Origin: Mobula hypostoma
Lineage: Eukaryota
DNA: 64,000 nucleotides
Reading direction: 5' to 3'
NCBI RefSeq assembly: GCF_963921235.1
Contig: NC_086108.1
Span: 72,294,001 to 72,358,000, forward strand
Positions 12,195-25,472 of the stretch are shown here, one piece after another (the first letter of the stretch is position 1; each line of letters starts with the position of its first letter). Below the pieces are notes generated by a model. That model ran no database searches and was not told where the DNA came from. It worked only from the letters and a program-made list of their open reading frames with translations. A program made the position numbers and the translations under genes.

Positions 12195-14260
12195 TACCCC
12201 TGTGGCCATTCCCCTGAACAACAGGTATCTCACTTTGGATACTGTTGGGGAGAGGAGGGGGCGAATGACCTAACTGAGGAAAATCACAATAGTTACGTCT
12301 CTGGCACTAAAACTGACTCAGAAGGGAACGGGGGAGAAGAGGCAAATGCGGTGACAGGGGATTTGCTAGTCAGGGGAATGGGCAGGAGGTTGTGTGGGCA
12401 AGAATGAGATTCACAGATGGTATGTCGCCTCCCGGGTGCCAGCAGCTGGGATATCTCGGATCGAGTCCTCAGCATTCTTGTGGGAGGGTGAACAGTCAGA
12501 AGTCGTGGTCCATGTAGGTACCAATGACATCAGTAGGACGAGTCACGAGGTTCTGCATGGGCAGTTCAGGGAGTTAAGTTAAAGGGCAGGATTGTGATCT
12601 CAGGATTGCTACCCAGACCACATGCTAGGAAGGTAATACAGTTTAACATGTGGCTAAGGAGTTGGTGTAGGAGGAAGGGCAAAATATTTTTGGAGCATTG
12701 GGCTCTCTTCCAGTGAAGTTGGGACCTGAACTGGAAGAGGACTAATATCCTAGTGGGAAGGTTTGTTAAGGCTGCATAGTAGGATTTAAACTAGAATTGC
12801 AGGGGGATGGGAACTGGAATGTCAGAACAGTTAGTGGAGATGTTGCAGAGGCAGATGTTAATAAGACCGCAGACAAAGTCAGGAATCTAAAGGTTGAGCA
12901 TGATGCAACCAGTGTGCTGAGCTGCATATACCTCAGTGCAGGAAGTATCGTAGAAACGGCAGGTAATAGTGCTGAAGGTGAGGTAGCTGGTTTACAAACC
13001 AAGGCAAAGTGTAGTGAGGAGAGGCTGATGATAGGGCAAAATTGCTGTCAACAGGATGAGTTGCAATGTAAAAAGGGGACAAAATTGAAAAAGGTGAATA
13101 CAGGGCTGAAGGTGTTGTATTTGAATGTGCACTGTATATGAAATAAGATAGACGAACTTATGGCACAGTTGCAGATTGGCAATTACAATGTTGTACACAT
13201 CACTGAATCGTGGCTGAAAGATTATAGCCGGGAGCTTAATGTCCAAGAGTACACATTTTATCGAAAGGACAGGCAGAAAGGCAGAGGGGTGGTGTTGCTC
13301 TTTTGGTGAAAAATGAAAGTCATAGAGCACTACAGCACAGACACAGGCCCTTCAGCCCATCTAATTGATTCTGGCCTGGTTTTCTGCCTAGTCCCATAGC
13401 CCTCCATACTTTCCTCATGAATGTACCTGTCCAAACATCTATCATTCTATACATTAACAGGACATTTTGACGTTCTGATTCTTATTTAGGAGAGATTTAA
13501 AGGTATTGAAAGGATAGGCAGGAAGGTGGGCGGGGGGTGGCGCATGTAAAAATTGAAATTAAATCATTAGAAAGAGGTGATATAGGGTCAGAATTTGTTG
13601 AATCATGAATAGAACTAAGGAGCTGCAAGAGTAAACAGACCCTGATGCGAGTTGTATATAGACCCCCAAACAGTAGTAAGGATGTGATCTACAAATTACA
13701 ATGGGAGATTGGAAATGCATGCCTTAAGTCAATGTTAAAATAGTCATGGGGACTTCAATATGCAAGCAGATTGGGAAAATTAGGGTAGTGCTAGATTACA
13801 GGAGGGGAAATTTCTACAGTGCCTAAGAGATGACTTTTTAGGGCAGCTCGTGGTTGAACCCACTAGGGGATCAGCTATTCTCGATTGGGTGTTGTTTAAT
13901 GAACCAGAAGTGATTAGAGAGCTTAAGGTAAAAGAACCTTTAGGGGTAGGTGATCATAATATGATCTAATTCACCTTGAAATCTGAGAAGAATTGAAAAC
14001 CAGATGTACCAGTATTACAGTGGAGTAAAGCGAATTATAGAGGCATGAGAGCAAAGTTGGCCAGAATTGATTAGAAAAGAGCACTGGCAGGGATGACAGC
14101 AGAGCAGAAAAGGCTAGAATTTCTGGAGGCAATTCAGAAGACACAGGATATATACATCCCAAAGAAGAAGAAGTGTTCTAAAAGAAAGATGACACAACTG
14201 TGGCTAACAAAAGAAGTCAAAGCCAACATAAAAGCCAAAAAGAGGGCATATAGTAGAGCA
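12195..14260 (+). mobile_element. CR1 LINE 5' portions: ORF1 SGNH esterase-like domain and ORF2 endonuclease, interrupted at about 13320-13550
   Basis: VTGDLLVRG, CRLPGA, VVVHVGTNDI (CR1 ORF1 esterase); KVLYLN, ITESW, VVYRPP (EN). Confidence 0.8.
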
Positions 14261-15369
14261 CAGGTTCCACTAGTCTTTGATGAATTGCCGGATACAACCT
14301 GAAGCAGATGCTATGTGCTGATTTGCTTTTTTCATTGACCTAATATCTGAATATGGTTAGCGCCAGCGTCACCTTGAACAATGTGTTGGCACTTGAATTG
14401 CAGATGCCAATTGGATGAAAAAAGCAATCTCTTAGCCTATTATATGACCAAGAAATATCTAACTAAACTAATTTCATTCATGGAAAGCTTGGATAGACTA
14501 GATTTGATTCCTTTGTAGTCCAGAAGTGTGAGAGGGATCTTCATTTAAACTTATAGATCATGAAAGATCCTGTGGGAAAATCCAAAATTAGTTATTCTTT
14601 AAACATTGGATAGATATATGGACAGGAAAAGAATGGAGGGTTATGGGCTGAGTGCAGGTCGGTGGGACTAGGTGAGAGTAAGAATTCGGTACAGACTAGG
14701 AGGGCCAAGATGGCCTGTTTCCATGTTGTAATTGTTATATAGTTATATGTTATATGGTTATAATGCCAGTCTTTTAAGACAATTATTATCCTCTCAGAGG
14801 ACTGACTCGCTGAAAATCTCTTTTTCAAAGGGTGGAAGAAGCAGAAATTTTGAATACTCTTTCAACGGAAGTAGATAGTTATTTGATGAGCAAAGGGGTG
14901 GAAAATTATCTGGAGCAAACAGGATGGCAGAATAGAGGTCACAATCAGCCATGATCTCATTAAATGGTGGAAAAAGAATAAGGAGCCAAATGACCATCCC
15001 TTGCTCATAATTTGAATATTCATAATAAAGAAACACAGGCTACAGACAAATGTGCTAGGATATTAGAAATAAATAGCTTTGATGGCAGATCTGTCATATT
15101 TCTGGATCAACTTAGTGGTGTTATATGCTTTCAAACACAAAGTCTTTCACATTAGGCATGGACCATCTTGGTTGAAAAATCTGAAGCTGTTGTCTTTTAT
15201 AGCATTGGGAAAAGAAAAATCCGTTGTATAAACATGTTGGGGTTAAACTAACTGAAAGTTACTGTCTTCCTGAATGTTCTGCATAAGACCATAAGATAAG
15301 CAGAAATTGGTCAGTTAGGCACTTCTCCTAATCCATCCTTCAATAAGATAGAGGGCTGATTTTAACCCT

Positions 15370-15975
15370 CGGTACCTTGTGATGTATCTGGATAAGATAC
15401 TTTCTATGGTGCAGCTATAAAAATTGGTAAGGGTAATTTCTTTAGCTTTCTGAAGATGCACCTTCTTGGTCATAGAGTGTACATGGTTGGACCAGGACAA
15501 ACTGTTTGTGATGTTCACTTCTAGGAACAGGAATGCTCTCAAACTCAGTGCTATTAATGTAAAGAGGAGAATCTGCACTGCCTCCTTTCCTGGAGTCAGT
15601 GGCCAGCTCTTTAGTTTTGCTGATATTAAGGGAAAGCTTATCACGACACCATGTCATTAGGCACTCTATCTCTTTCCTGTACTCTGTTTCATCATTATAT
15701 GCTCACTCCAGTTCTGTCATCTGCAAACTCGTGAATGGAGTTAGAGCAAAGTCTGGCCACACAGTAGGGTTCTGAAGACCAGCCTCGTAGGGCACCAGTG
15801 TTGAGGATAATCTTGGAGGTACTATGGCTGCCTATCCTTACTAATTGTGCTCTATAGGTCAACAATTAAATATCCAGTTGTAAAGGGGGCTGTTGAATTA
15901 CAGATCTAAGAGATTCGAATTTAACTTGCTTGGAATTATAGTATTGAATGTGGAGCCGCGGTCAATAAACAATAG
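15370..15975 (-). mobile_element. Rex1/Babar fragment
   Basis: WCRDKLSLNISKTKEL, ITNSLSWSNH, FYSCTIESIL. Confidence 0.75.
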
Positions 15976-16004
15976 TCTAACATAGAATATTCTATATTCA
16001 TATA

Positions 16005-16345
16005 GTACTTATTTACATATTGCCTATAACACTGTTGGTGTTTAGGATAGCAATGAAGGTCCTCTATTTCTGCCTGTCAATACCATTGCACAGAGACAAA
16101 GGAGGATCCTTCATTGCTGTAACAGTTTTGCTTTACCAGTCAAGGGGTAATCTGAGCTGAACCCCTGAACCTGGAGGACCTGTGGACCACTCTTAGTCTG
16201 GTCTCTGCCATTTGACGTGTTTGGCATGGGTGACCCTACCAGGAACCAAAGCCGAAGGCCCTGACTCTAGCCAACACAGCTCTCCAGGTCACTGAGACAC
16301 GCAGGCCTCCAATCCTATGACAAGGTTGTGGTGCTCTTGGAGGAC
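16005..16345 (-). mobile_element. Bipartite non-autonomous RTE-derived retroposon
   Basis: Reverse complement homologous to 44234-44656; RTE-type 5'UTR joined to RTE-type 3' end; TSD attcatata at 15996-16004 and 16346-16354. Confidence 0.7.
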
Positions 16346-16932
16346 ATTCATATAATAGTCTGCATTATATGATCGAGTAATTCAACTGGATTACACTTGC
16401 ACAACTGGATGATGCAAATAGTGAGGAATGAGTACAGTAGGCTTCTCCAATTACAACAGAAGCAGCTGATTTGAGAAGCTGGATAAATACTTCTTTGAAT
16501 TCAGCTCGAAGATGTTTGAGACAGGTGTAGGTTTGTCTTCTGGGTTCTTTGCTGTTGAGTCCATTGTGTCATGCACAAATTTATTAGCCAAGTCTAACAA
16601 CAGAAATCCAATATCATGATACTTTATGGAGTAGAAATACAGTCATCAGTATTAATTAAATACTGGAACATTAGCAGTCTCCCCTTCTGACATTCTACTT
16701 CATTGACTTGAGTTCTTCTGGCTTTTCCCAGAAGAATCCAAAGCAGCAAATTCTTCTTTGTCAGAATATTTGATGTTTATTGTATTATTTGGTAATTTTG
16801 CATGTATAATCAGCCAAGTAATCTAATGTGATTTATAATTGGCCATATTAAGATGACGCAAAATGCCAATTTTACTTTTCCCATGGAATGTCGAATGTTT
16901 CATAGATGTACAGCTTAATGTAACTTCAATAG

Positions 16933-16978
16933 TTTCATGACCCGATTATATCACAGCTCTACATACTGTGTATGGTGA
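16933..16978 (+). CDS. Candidate terminal coding exon of + strand host gene (N-FMTRLYHSSTYCVW*)
   Basis: aacttcaatag|T TTC ATG...TGG TGA; phase 2 matches exon 8853-9011; followed by AT-rich sequence and AATAAA at 17237-17242; acceptor is weak. Confidence 0.45.
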
Positions 16979-17859
16979 TGATAAAAAGGAGATGAAACTT
17001 TTGGAGAAGGTGATAAATTAATGAGAAAAGTGTAAGAAGTGTTTTTTTTAAATTAAGACAATTAAGACAATTTAAGAACAGAAAATGTTAAACCTAAAAA
17101 ACTAATATACTTTACCATGTTATAAATACTGTCAATTACTTTTAAACAGTTTTATATACTTCAAAATATCTAAATAAGAAAGGGATTAAAGATTTCTTTA
17201 AATTTGTAGAAAGATTTAAAGCTATGTTTTTAAGCTAATAAAATATATAAGATATATACAAGGGTCACTTGTAAATTAAAATCTCATTCTATTCACATCA
17301 ATTTAAATCAGGGGAGAACATCCCTTCTCTGTGGTGAGCACTTCACGCAAGGCTGTGGAAGCCAACCACTGTTAAGTTGCTCTTTCATGGTTGGCAGGGA
17401 CTGAGCTGGCTGAATGTCTTCCTCTGTTCCATGAAACTCTACAATTCAATGATTTAACATTATGCCATAATCTGCTTGACTCCAGTGAAAAAATTATCTA
17501 ACTTAAGTTTTTTTTCTGAACTGTAACCCCTTAACCTGATCTTTGTCTCATTTTCCTCAGCTTCTATCTTCTTTGCCTGGTGCATAAATCAAGATAAAAA
17601 AAAACCAATATAGCAGGTAATTGGACCTTAGGCCTCTAAATCCTAAGGCTTAGACTATTGATCAGGAAACATGAGGAAATGTTCTACAACAGAGAAATTT
17701 AAATTTAATCAAATAAATCTCATATTAAAATGTTAGCATCAGGAACAGTGAACCTGAAAGCACGAGATTAAAGGAAAAACCAATCTGAATCACAATGACT
17801 ACATGGAAAGAATTTGCCATCCTTTATCTAGTTTGGCCCAGCAGTGTCCCAAAGGTGAG

Positions 17860-19203
17860 TGTTAGGGAGCAGGAGTGAGTGCCATTCCTATTACAAAGGA
17901 AGAAGTGCGAGGCAAACTCAAAGGTTTGATAACTCAAAGGTGGATAAGTCACCTGGGCCAGATGGACTACATCCCAGAGTCCTGAGAGAGGTTGCTGACG
18001 AGATAATGGAAGCATTGTCCGTGATCTTTCAAGAATTACTTGATTCTGGCATGGTCCCAGAGGACAGGAAAATTGCAAATGTCACTCCACTCCGTAAAAA
18101 GGGAGGAAGGCAAAGGAAGGAAATTATAGGCCTGTTAGCCTAACTTCAGTGGTTGGGAAAGTGGTGGAGTCGATTATTAAGAATGTCGTTTCATAGAAAC
18201 ATAGAACATAGAAAACCTACAGCACAATACAGGCCCTTTGGCTCACAATGCTGTGCTGAACATGTCCTTACCTTAGAAATTACCTAGGGTTACCCATAGC
18301 CCTCTATATTTCTAAGCTCCATGTACCTATCCAGGAGTCTCCTAAAAGATCCTACCGCTTCCGCCTCCACCACCACCACCATCGCCGGCAGTCCACTCCA
18401 CGCTCTCATCACTCTCTGTGTAAAAAAACTTACCCCTGACATCTCCTCGGTAAATACTTCCAAGCACCTTAAAACTGTGCCCTCTTGTGCTAGCCATTTC
18501 AGTCCTGGGAAAAAGTCTCTGACTATCCACACAATCAATGCTTCTCATCATCTTTTACACCTCTATCAGGTCATCTCTCATCCTCCGACGCTCCAAGGAA
18601 AAAAGGCCAGGTTCACTCTCCTCTGCTCCCTTTCTATGATTTCCACATCCTTCCTGTAGTGAAGTGACCAGAACTGAGCACACTACTCCTAGTGGGGTCT
18701 GACCAGTGTCCTATATAGCTGCAACATTACCTCTCAGCTCTTAAACTCAATCCCACGATTGATGAAGGCCAATGCACTGTATGCCTTCTTAACCACAGAG
18801 TCAACCTGTGCAGCAGCTTTGAGTGAACTATGGACTCAGACCCCAAGATCCCTCTGATCTTCCACACTGGGTACTCGGAGACTAATGATAAAATAACTCA
18901 AAGTCAGCATGGTTTCTGTAAAGGGAAATCTTGCCTGACAAATCTGTTAGAGTTTTTTGAGGAAGTAACAAGCAAGGTGGACAAAGGAGAGGTTGTGGAT
19001 GTCATTCACTTAGATTTTCAGAAGGCATTTGATAATGTGCAACACACGAGGCTGCTTAACAAGGTAAAATCCTAGGGCATTACAGGAAAGGTACAGGCAT
19101 GGATAGAAGGGTTGAGTGGGGTCTGGGATCAGCCATGATGGAATGGCAGAGAAGACTTGATGGGCTGAATGGCCTAATTCTGCTCCTATGTCTTATGGTC
19201 TTA
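17860..19203 (+). mobile_element. CR1 RT fragment interrupted by an antisense CR1 3' piece (about 18193-18868)
   Basis: KVDKSPGPDGLHPRVL before and QSQHGFCKGKSCLTNLLEFFE..LDFQKAFD after the insert; insert has an (aacatag)n tail on the + strand. Confidence 0.85.
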
Positions 19204-19269
19204 TAGTATTTTCATAGACAGTCCCTTAGTTATTTTACATATGTCAAATGTGGCCTCTGCAGACATTGA

Positions 19270-21880
19270 GGCAGAATGAGGCCATTTGACCCATCCAGAC
19301 TGCTCTGTCATTTCATCATGGCTGATCCATTTCCCTCTCTACCCCATTTTCCTGCCTTCTCCCAATAACCTTTCATGTCCTGACTAGTCAGGAACCGGTC
19401 AACCTCCTCCTTAAATGTACCCACTGGAGAGTGGCAATGAATTCCACTGATTCACCAGTCTCTGGCTAAAGAAATTGCTTCTCATCTCTATTCTAATTGG
19501 ACTTCCCTCTATTTTGAGGCTGTGCTCTCTGGTCCTAGACTCGCCAACCAAAGGAAGCATCCTCTGCACATCCACTCTAAATGGGCCTTTCAACACTCAA
19601 AAGGTTTCAATGAGATCTTCCCTCATTCTTCCAAATTCCAGTGAATACCTGCCTAGAGCCTTCAATTGCTGCTCACGTGATAACCCTTTCATTCCTGGAA
19701 TTATACTTGAAAATCTCCTCTGAACTCTCTCACCACATCGTTTCTTAAATAACCAGCCCAAACCACTCACAATACTCTGTGAGGCCTCACCAGTGCATTA
19801 CACACCTTAGCATTACCCCCTTGCTTTTTATACTCTAGTCCTCTTGAAATGAATGCTCACACTGCATTCACCTTCCTCACCAACCATACAACCTGAAAAT
19901 TAACCTTCATGGAATCCTGCACAGGGATTTGCACATTGGATTTTTTAATTTTCTGTCTGTTTAATAAGTAGTCTATGCTTTTTATCCTTCTACCAAGGTG
20001 CCTGGCAGTGTATTCCACCTGCCACCTCTTTGCCCTTTCTCCTAATCAGTCTAGGTGCCTCTGCAGCACTAGCTGGCCCTCCACCTATCTTCGTATTGTC
20101 CGCAAACTTGGCCACAAAGCCATCAATTCCATCATCAAAATCATTGACGTATGACATAAAAAGAATCAGTCCCAACACAGACCCCTGTGGAACACCACTA
20201 GTCACTGGCAGCCAGTCAGAAAAGGCTCTCTTTATTCACAACATTTGCCTGGTGCCAATCAGCCAATGCTCTTTCCATACTAGTATGTTTCCTGTAATAC
20301 CCCGGCCTCTTAACTTGTTTAACAGCATCATGCGCAGCACCTTATCAAAGACCTTCTGAAAATCTAGGTACACACCATCAACTGATTCTCCTTTGTCTTT
20401 TTATCATGCTTGTTATTGCTTCAAAGAATTCCAACAGATTTGTCAGGCAAGATTTTCCCTTAAGAAAACCAGGCTGACTTTGGCCTATTTTGTCATGAGC
20501 CTCCAGGTATCCCAAAACCACATCTTTAACAATTAACTCCAACAGCTTCCCAACCACTAAAGTCAGGCTCAAGGGGATATAGTTTCTTCTCTTTTGCCTC
20601 CCTCCCTTTTTGAAGAGTGGAGTGGCATTTGCAGTCTGTCAGTCCTCCGGAACCATGCAATTTTGAAAGATCATGACTAATGGCTCACAATCTCGTCAGC
20701 CACCTCTTTCAGAACCCTGGGGTGTGCACCATCTGGTCCAGGTGACTTATCCACCTTCAGTTTCCCAAGCAGCAGCTCCCTAATAACATCAACTGCACTC
20801 ACTTTTGGCCCTTAATGCTCTCGAACTTCCAGTGTACTACTAGTGTCTTCCACAGTGAAGACTGATTAAAATGCTTATTCAGTTCATCTGCCATTTCCTT
20901 GTCCCCTATTACTACCTCTCCTGCATCATTTTCCAGCAGTCTGATATCCCCTTCCAAATCAATTTTGGTCCGTTCCTCCTTCAAACTTCTGAAATTCCCT
21001 TTACTCCACTGTAATACTGATCTATCTAACTTTAGTTTCTTCCTCTCAAATTGCGGTGTGAATTCTACCATATTATGATCACTGTTTCCTGAGGGTTCCT
21101 TTACCTTAGGCTCCCTAATCATATCTGGTTAATTACACAAGACCCAATCCAGAATTGCTGATTTCCCAGTGGGCTCAACTACAAGTTTCTCCAAAAAGCC
21201 ATCTTGGAGGCATTCCACAAATTCTTTCTTTTGGGATGCAGCATCAACTTGATTTTGCCAATCTATCTGCATGTTGAAATCTCCCATGACTAATGTAATA
21301 TTGCCTTTTTGACATGCTTTTTCTATCTCCCCTGTAATTGGTACCTCACATCCTGGCTACAATTTGGAGGCCTTTAAGTACTCCCATTAGGGTCTCATTA
21401 CCCTTGCAGTTTCTTAATTCTACCCACAATGATTATACATCTTCTGATCCTATGTCACCTCTTTCTAACGATTTGATTTCAATTTTTACCAACAGAGCCA
21501 CTCTTCCTCCTCTGCCTACCTGTCTTTCCTTTCGATAGATTGTGTATCATTGGATATTAAGCTCCCAACTACAATTGTCTTTCCACTATACTCACAACAT
21601 CATATGTTAATCTCTAACTGTGCTATAAGCTCATCTACTTTATTTTGTACACTGAGTGCATTCAAATATAACGTCTTCAGACCTGTATTTATCACCCTTT
21701 TCAATTTTCCCCCCTTTTACAATGCAATCCATGCACTGACTGCAATTTTGTCCTATCTTCTGCCTGTCCTCCCTGACTGTCTCACTATACACTTACTTTG
21801 CTTGTAAACCAACATCCCTATACTCGGCCCTATCACTCCAGTTCCCATCCCCATGCCAGCTTAGTTTAAACCGTCCCCAA
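19270..21880 (-). mobile_element. CR1 LINE, degenerate ORF2 with internal deletions
   Basis: SGVPQGSVLG, KFADNTKIGG, GKSCLTNLLEFF, NSDHNMVEF. Confidence 0.85.
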
Positions 21881-22399
21881 TAGCTGGAATTAAGAAAACC
21901 TCCTCTACAGGATGCATAAGATCAGCAGATGGATCCATACTAACAGATCCAGATAAAGTATTGAGAGGTGGATTCAGTATATAGAGCAGCTTTTTGAAGA
22001 GGGGACCCCCCAAAAATTCAACACCTTAATTCTGGCCCACCTATTACCAAAGAAGAAATAACTAAAGCAATGAAAAGCATGAAACATGGTAAAGCCACTG
22101 GACCTGATGAAATTTCAGTGGCTGGGCATAGATATTCTTTTTGAACTGTTCAATGGCATATGTATATGAGTCTGATGTATTGCCTGACGATCTCTTGAAA
22201 TCAGTATTTATAACTCTGCCAAAAATTCCTGGAACTATTGACTGTGAAAATTATAGAACAATCAGTCTTATGAGTCACATAATAAAGATTTTGTTGAGAA
22301 TTGCTCTGAGTCGAATTAAAAACAAGTTAAGACCAGAAACTTCTAAACTGCAATATGGGTTTATTGAGGATAAAGGAACTAGGAACACAATTTTCATAC

Positions 22400-24604
22400 T
22401 ATGGAGCCATGAGGGAGGAGCTGGCCAAAGTTGACTGGTCAGATATCCTAGCAGAAAAGACAGTGGAACAGCAATGGCAGGTATTCTTGGGAATAATGCA
22501 CAAGGTGCAAAATCAGTTCATCCCCCGGAGAAGGAAGGATTCAAAGGGAGGAAAGTGGCCACAGTGGTTGACAAAGGAAGTCAGAGATAGCATAGTATTA
22601 AAAAAGAAGTAGTATAACAGAGCTAAGGTGAGTGGGAAGATGGATGATTAGGAAATTTTTAAGGAGCAACAGAACTTAACTAAAAAGGCAATACGGGGAG
22701 GAAAAATGAGGTATGAACGCAAGCTAGCTAGGAATATAAAGGAGGATAGCAAAAGTTTTTTAGGTATGTGAAGAGAAGGAAGATAGTTAAGAACAATGTT
22801 AGGCCCTTGAAGAATGAATTGGGAGAAATTGTTATGGGAAACAGAGAAATGGCAGACGAATTTAATAAGTACTTTGGATCTGTCTTCACTAGGGAAGACA
22901 CAAGCAATCTCTCAGATGTATGGATGGCCCAAGGACATAGGGTAACAGAGGAACTGAAACAGATTGACATTAGGAAGGAAACAGTGATGAGTAGACTGAT
23001 GGGACTGAAGGCTAACAAATCCCCAAGTCCAGATGGTTTGCATCCTAGGGTACTAAAGGAGGTGGCTCTGGAAATTGCGGATGCATTGGTGATCATTTTC
23101 CGATGTTCCTTAGATTCAGCATCAGTTTCTGAGGATTGGCGAATGGCTAATGTTATCCCACTTTTTAAGAAAGGAGGGAGGGAGAAAACAGAGAACTATC
23201 ACCCTGTTAGCCTAACATCAGTAGTGGGGAAGATGCTAGAGTCCATTATTAAAGATGAAATAGCGGCATATCTTGATAGCAGTGATAGGATTGGGCCGAG
23301 CCAGCATGGATTTACCAAGGGCAAATCATGCTTGACTAATCTATTGGACTTTTTCGAGGATGTAACCAGGAAGATAGACACGGGAGATCCAGTGGATGTG
23401 GTGTACCTTGACTTTCAGAAGGCATTTGATAAGGTACCACATAGGAGATTGGTGGGTAAAATCAGAGCTCATGGCATTGGGGGGAGGATATTGACATGGA
23501 TAGAAAACTGGTTGGCAGATAGAAAGCAAAGGGTAGCAGTGAATAGGTGTTTCTCAGAATGGTAGGTGGTGACTAGTGGGGTGTCACAGGGCTCGGTATT
23601 GGGACCACAGCTGTTTACGATTTACATCAATGATTTAGAGGAAGGCATTGTGAATAACATCAGCAAGTTTGCTGATGATACTAAGCTGGGTGGCAGTGTG
23701 ACATGTGATGAGGATGTTAGGAGAATTCAAGATGACTTGGATAGGCTGGGTGAGTGGGCAGAAACTTGGCAGATGGCGTTTAATGTGAATAAGTGTGAGG
23801 TTATTCACTTTGGGAGCAAGAACAGGAAGGCAGATTATTATCTGAACGGTGTGGAGTTAGGTAAGGGAGAAATACAAAGAGTTCTAGGAGTACTTGTTCA
23901 TCAGTCTCTGCAGGTGAATGAGCAAGTGCAGCAGGCAGTGAAGAAGGCTAATGGAATGTTGGCCTTTATTACAAAGGGAATTGAGTACAAGAGCAAGGAA
24001 ATCCTTTTGCATTTGTACAGGGCCCTGGTGAGACCACACCTGGAGTATTGTGTGTAGTTTTGGTCTCCAGGGTTAAGGAAGGACATCTTGGCTGTGGAGG
24101 AGGTGCAGCGTAGGTTCACTAGGTTAATTCCTGGGATGTCCAGACTGGCTTACGCAGAGAGGTTAGAGAGACTGGGCTTGTACACGCTGGAATTAAGGAG
24201 ATTGAGGGGGGGGATCTGATTGAGACATATAAGATTATTAAGGGATTGGACAAGGTAGAGGCAGGAAATATGTTCCAGATGCTGGGAGAGTCCAGTACCA
24301 GAGGGCATGGTTTAAGAATAAGGGGTAGGTCATTTAGGGCAGAGTTGAGGAGGAACTTCTTCTCCCAGAGAGTTGTGGAGGTGTGGAACGCGCTGCCTCA
24401 GAAGGCAGTGGAGGCCAATTCTCTGGATGCTTTCAAGAAGGAGCTAGATAGGTATCTTATGGATAGGGGAATCAAGGGTTATGGGGACAAGGCAGGAACC
24501 GGGTATTGATAGCAGATGATCAGCCATGATCTCAGAATGGTGGTGCAGGCTCGAAGGGCCGAATGGTCTACTTCTGCACCTATTCTCTATTGCCTATTGT
24601 CTAT
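22400..24604 (+). mobile_element. Relatively young CR1 copy nested in the RTE element
   Basis: RT in one frame 22768-24057 apart from a TAG at 23563-23565 (LDFQKAFD, SQGSVLGP, KFADDTK); tattgc/tattgt repeat tail. Confidence 0.92.
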
Positions 24605-25319
24605 TGAATGCTTTCAAAAAGGGCAATTGAATATCAAAATGATGCCTTTTTATGTTGTATTGATTTCACTAAAGCATTCGACAAAGTGCAACATGAAAAA
24701 TTATTTCAAATTCTCGCTAAACTAAACATTGACGGAAGGGACCAACAACTGCTTCAAAATTTATATTGGAACCAAACAGCGGCAGTAAAAATTGATGATA
24801 ATATAGGCAGTTGGACTAAAATTCAAAGAGGAGTTAGACAGGGATATCTTACCACACTGAAATTATTTATTATCCATAGTGAAATGATTCTCAGAGAAAT
24901 AGAAGACCTAGATGGGATAAAAATTGGAGCTGTTAACATCAACAATATAAGATATGCAGACGATACCACCCTAATAGCAAATGCTGCAGAAGACCTACAA
25001 CTCCTCCTGGACAAGGTAGTACAAACAAGTGCAGATTTCAGTCTAACCATCAACTGTAATAAAACCAAATATATGGTAATTTCAAAACAGCAGGATACTC
25101 CCGACTGCCAATTGTACATCGATAGCCAAGAGACTGAACAAAAAACCAGCTTTAATTACCTTGGTCACTTTATATCACAAGATGCTAGAAGTAAAGTAGA
25201 AATAAAAAGAAGAATTGCCATTGCCAAAATCGACTTCCAAAAAATGAAACCCATTTTTACCAACAGACACCTGTCTATGACAATAAGGCTTAGGCTGCTA
25301 AAATGTTACATCTGGTCAA

Positions 25320-25472
25320 AGGGGCCTCTGCCCCTTTCCTCTTCAGTCCTGACAAAGGGTTCCAGCCCGAAACGTTGACTGATCGTTTCCACAGATGCTG
25401 CCCGACCTGCTGAGTTCCTCCAGTGTGTTGTGAGTGTTGCTTTGACCCCAGCATCTCTAGAGTATTTTGTGT
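25320..25472 (+). mobile_element. Short PLE-derived element with hammerhead-like motif, inserted in RTE
   Basis: TSD ttacatctggtcaa (25306-25319) / ttacctctggtcaa (25473-25486); AGTC CTGACAA AGGG TTCCAG CCC GAAA CGTT GACT at 25345-25380. Confidence 0.85.
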
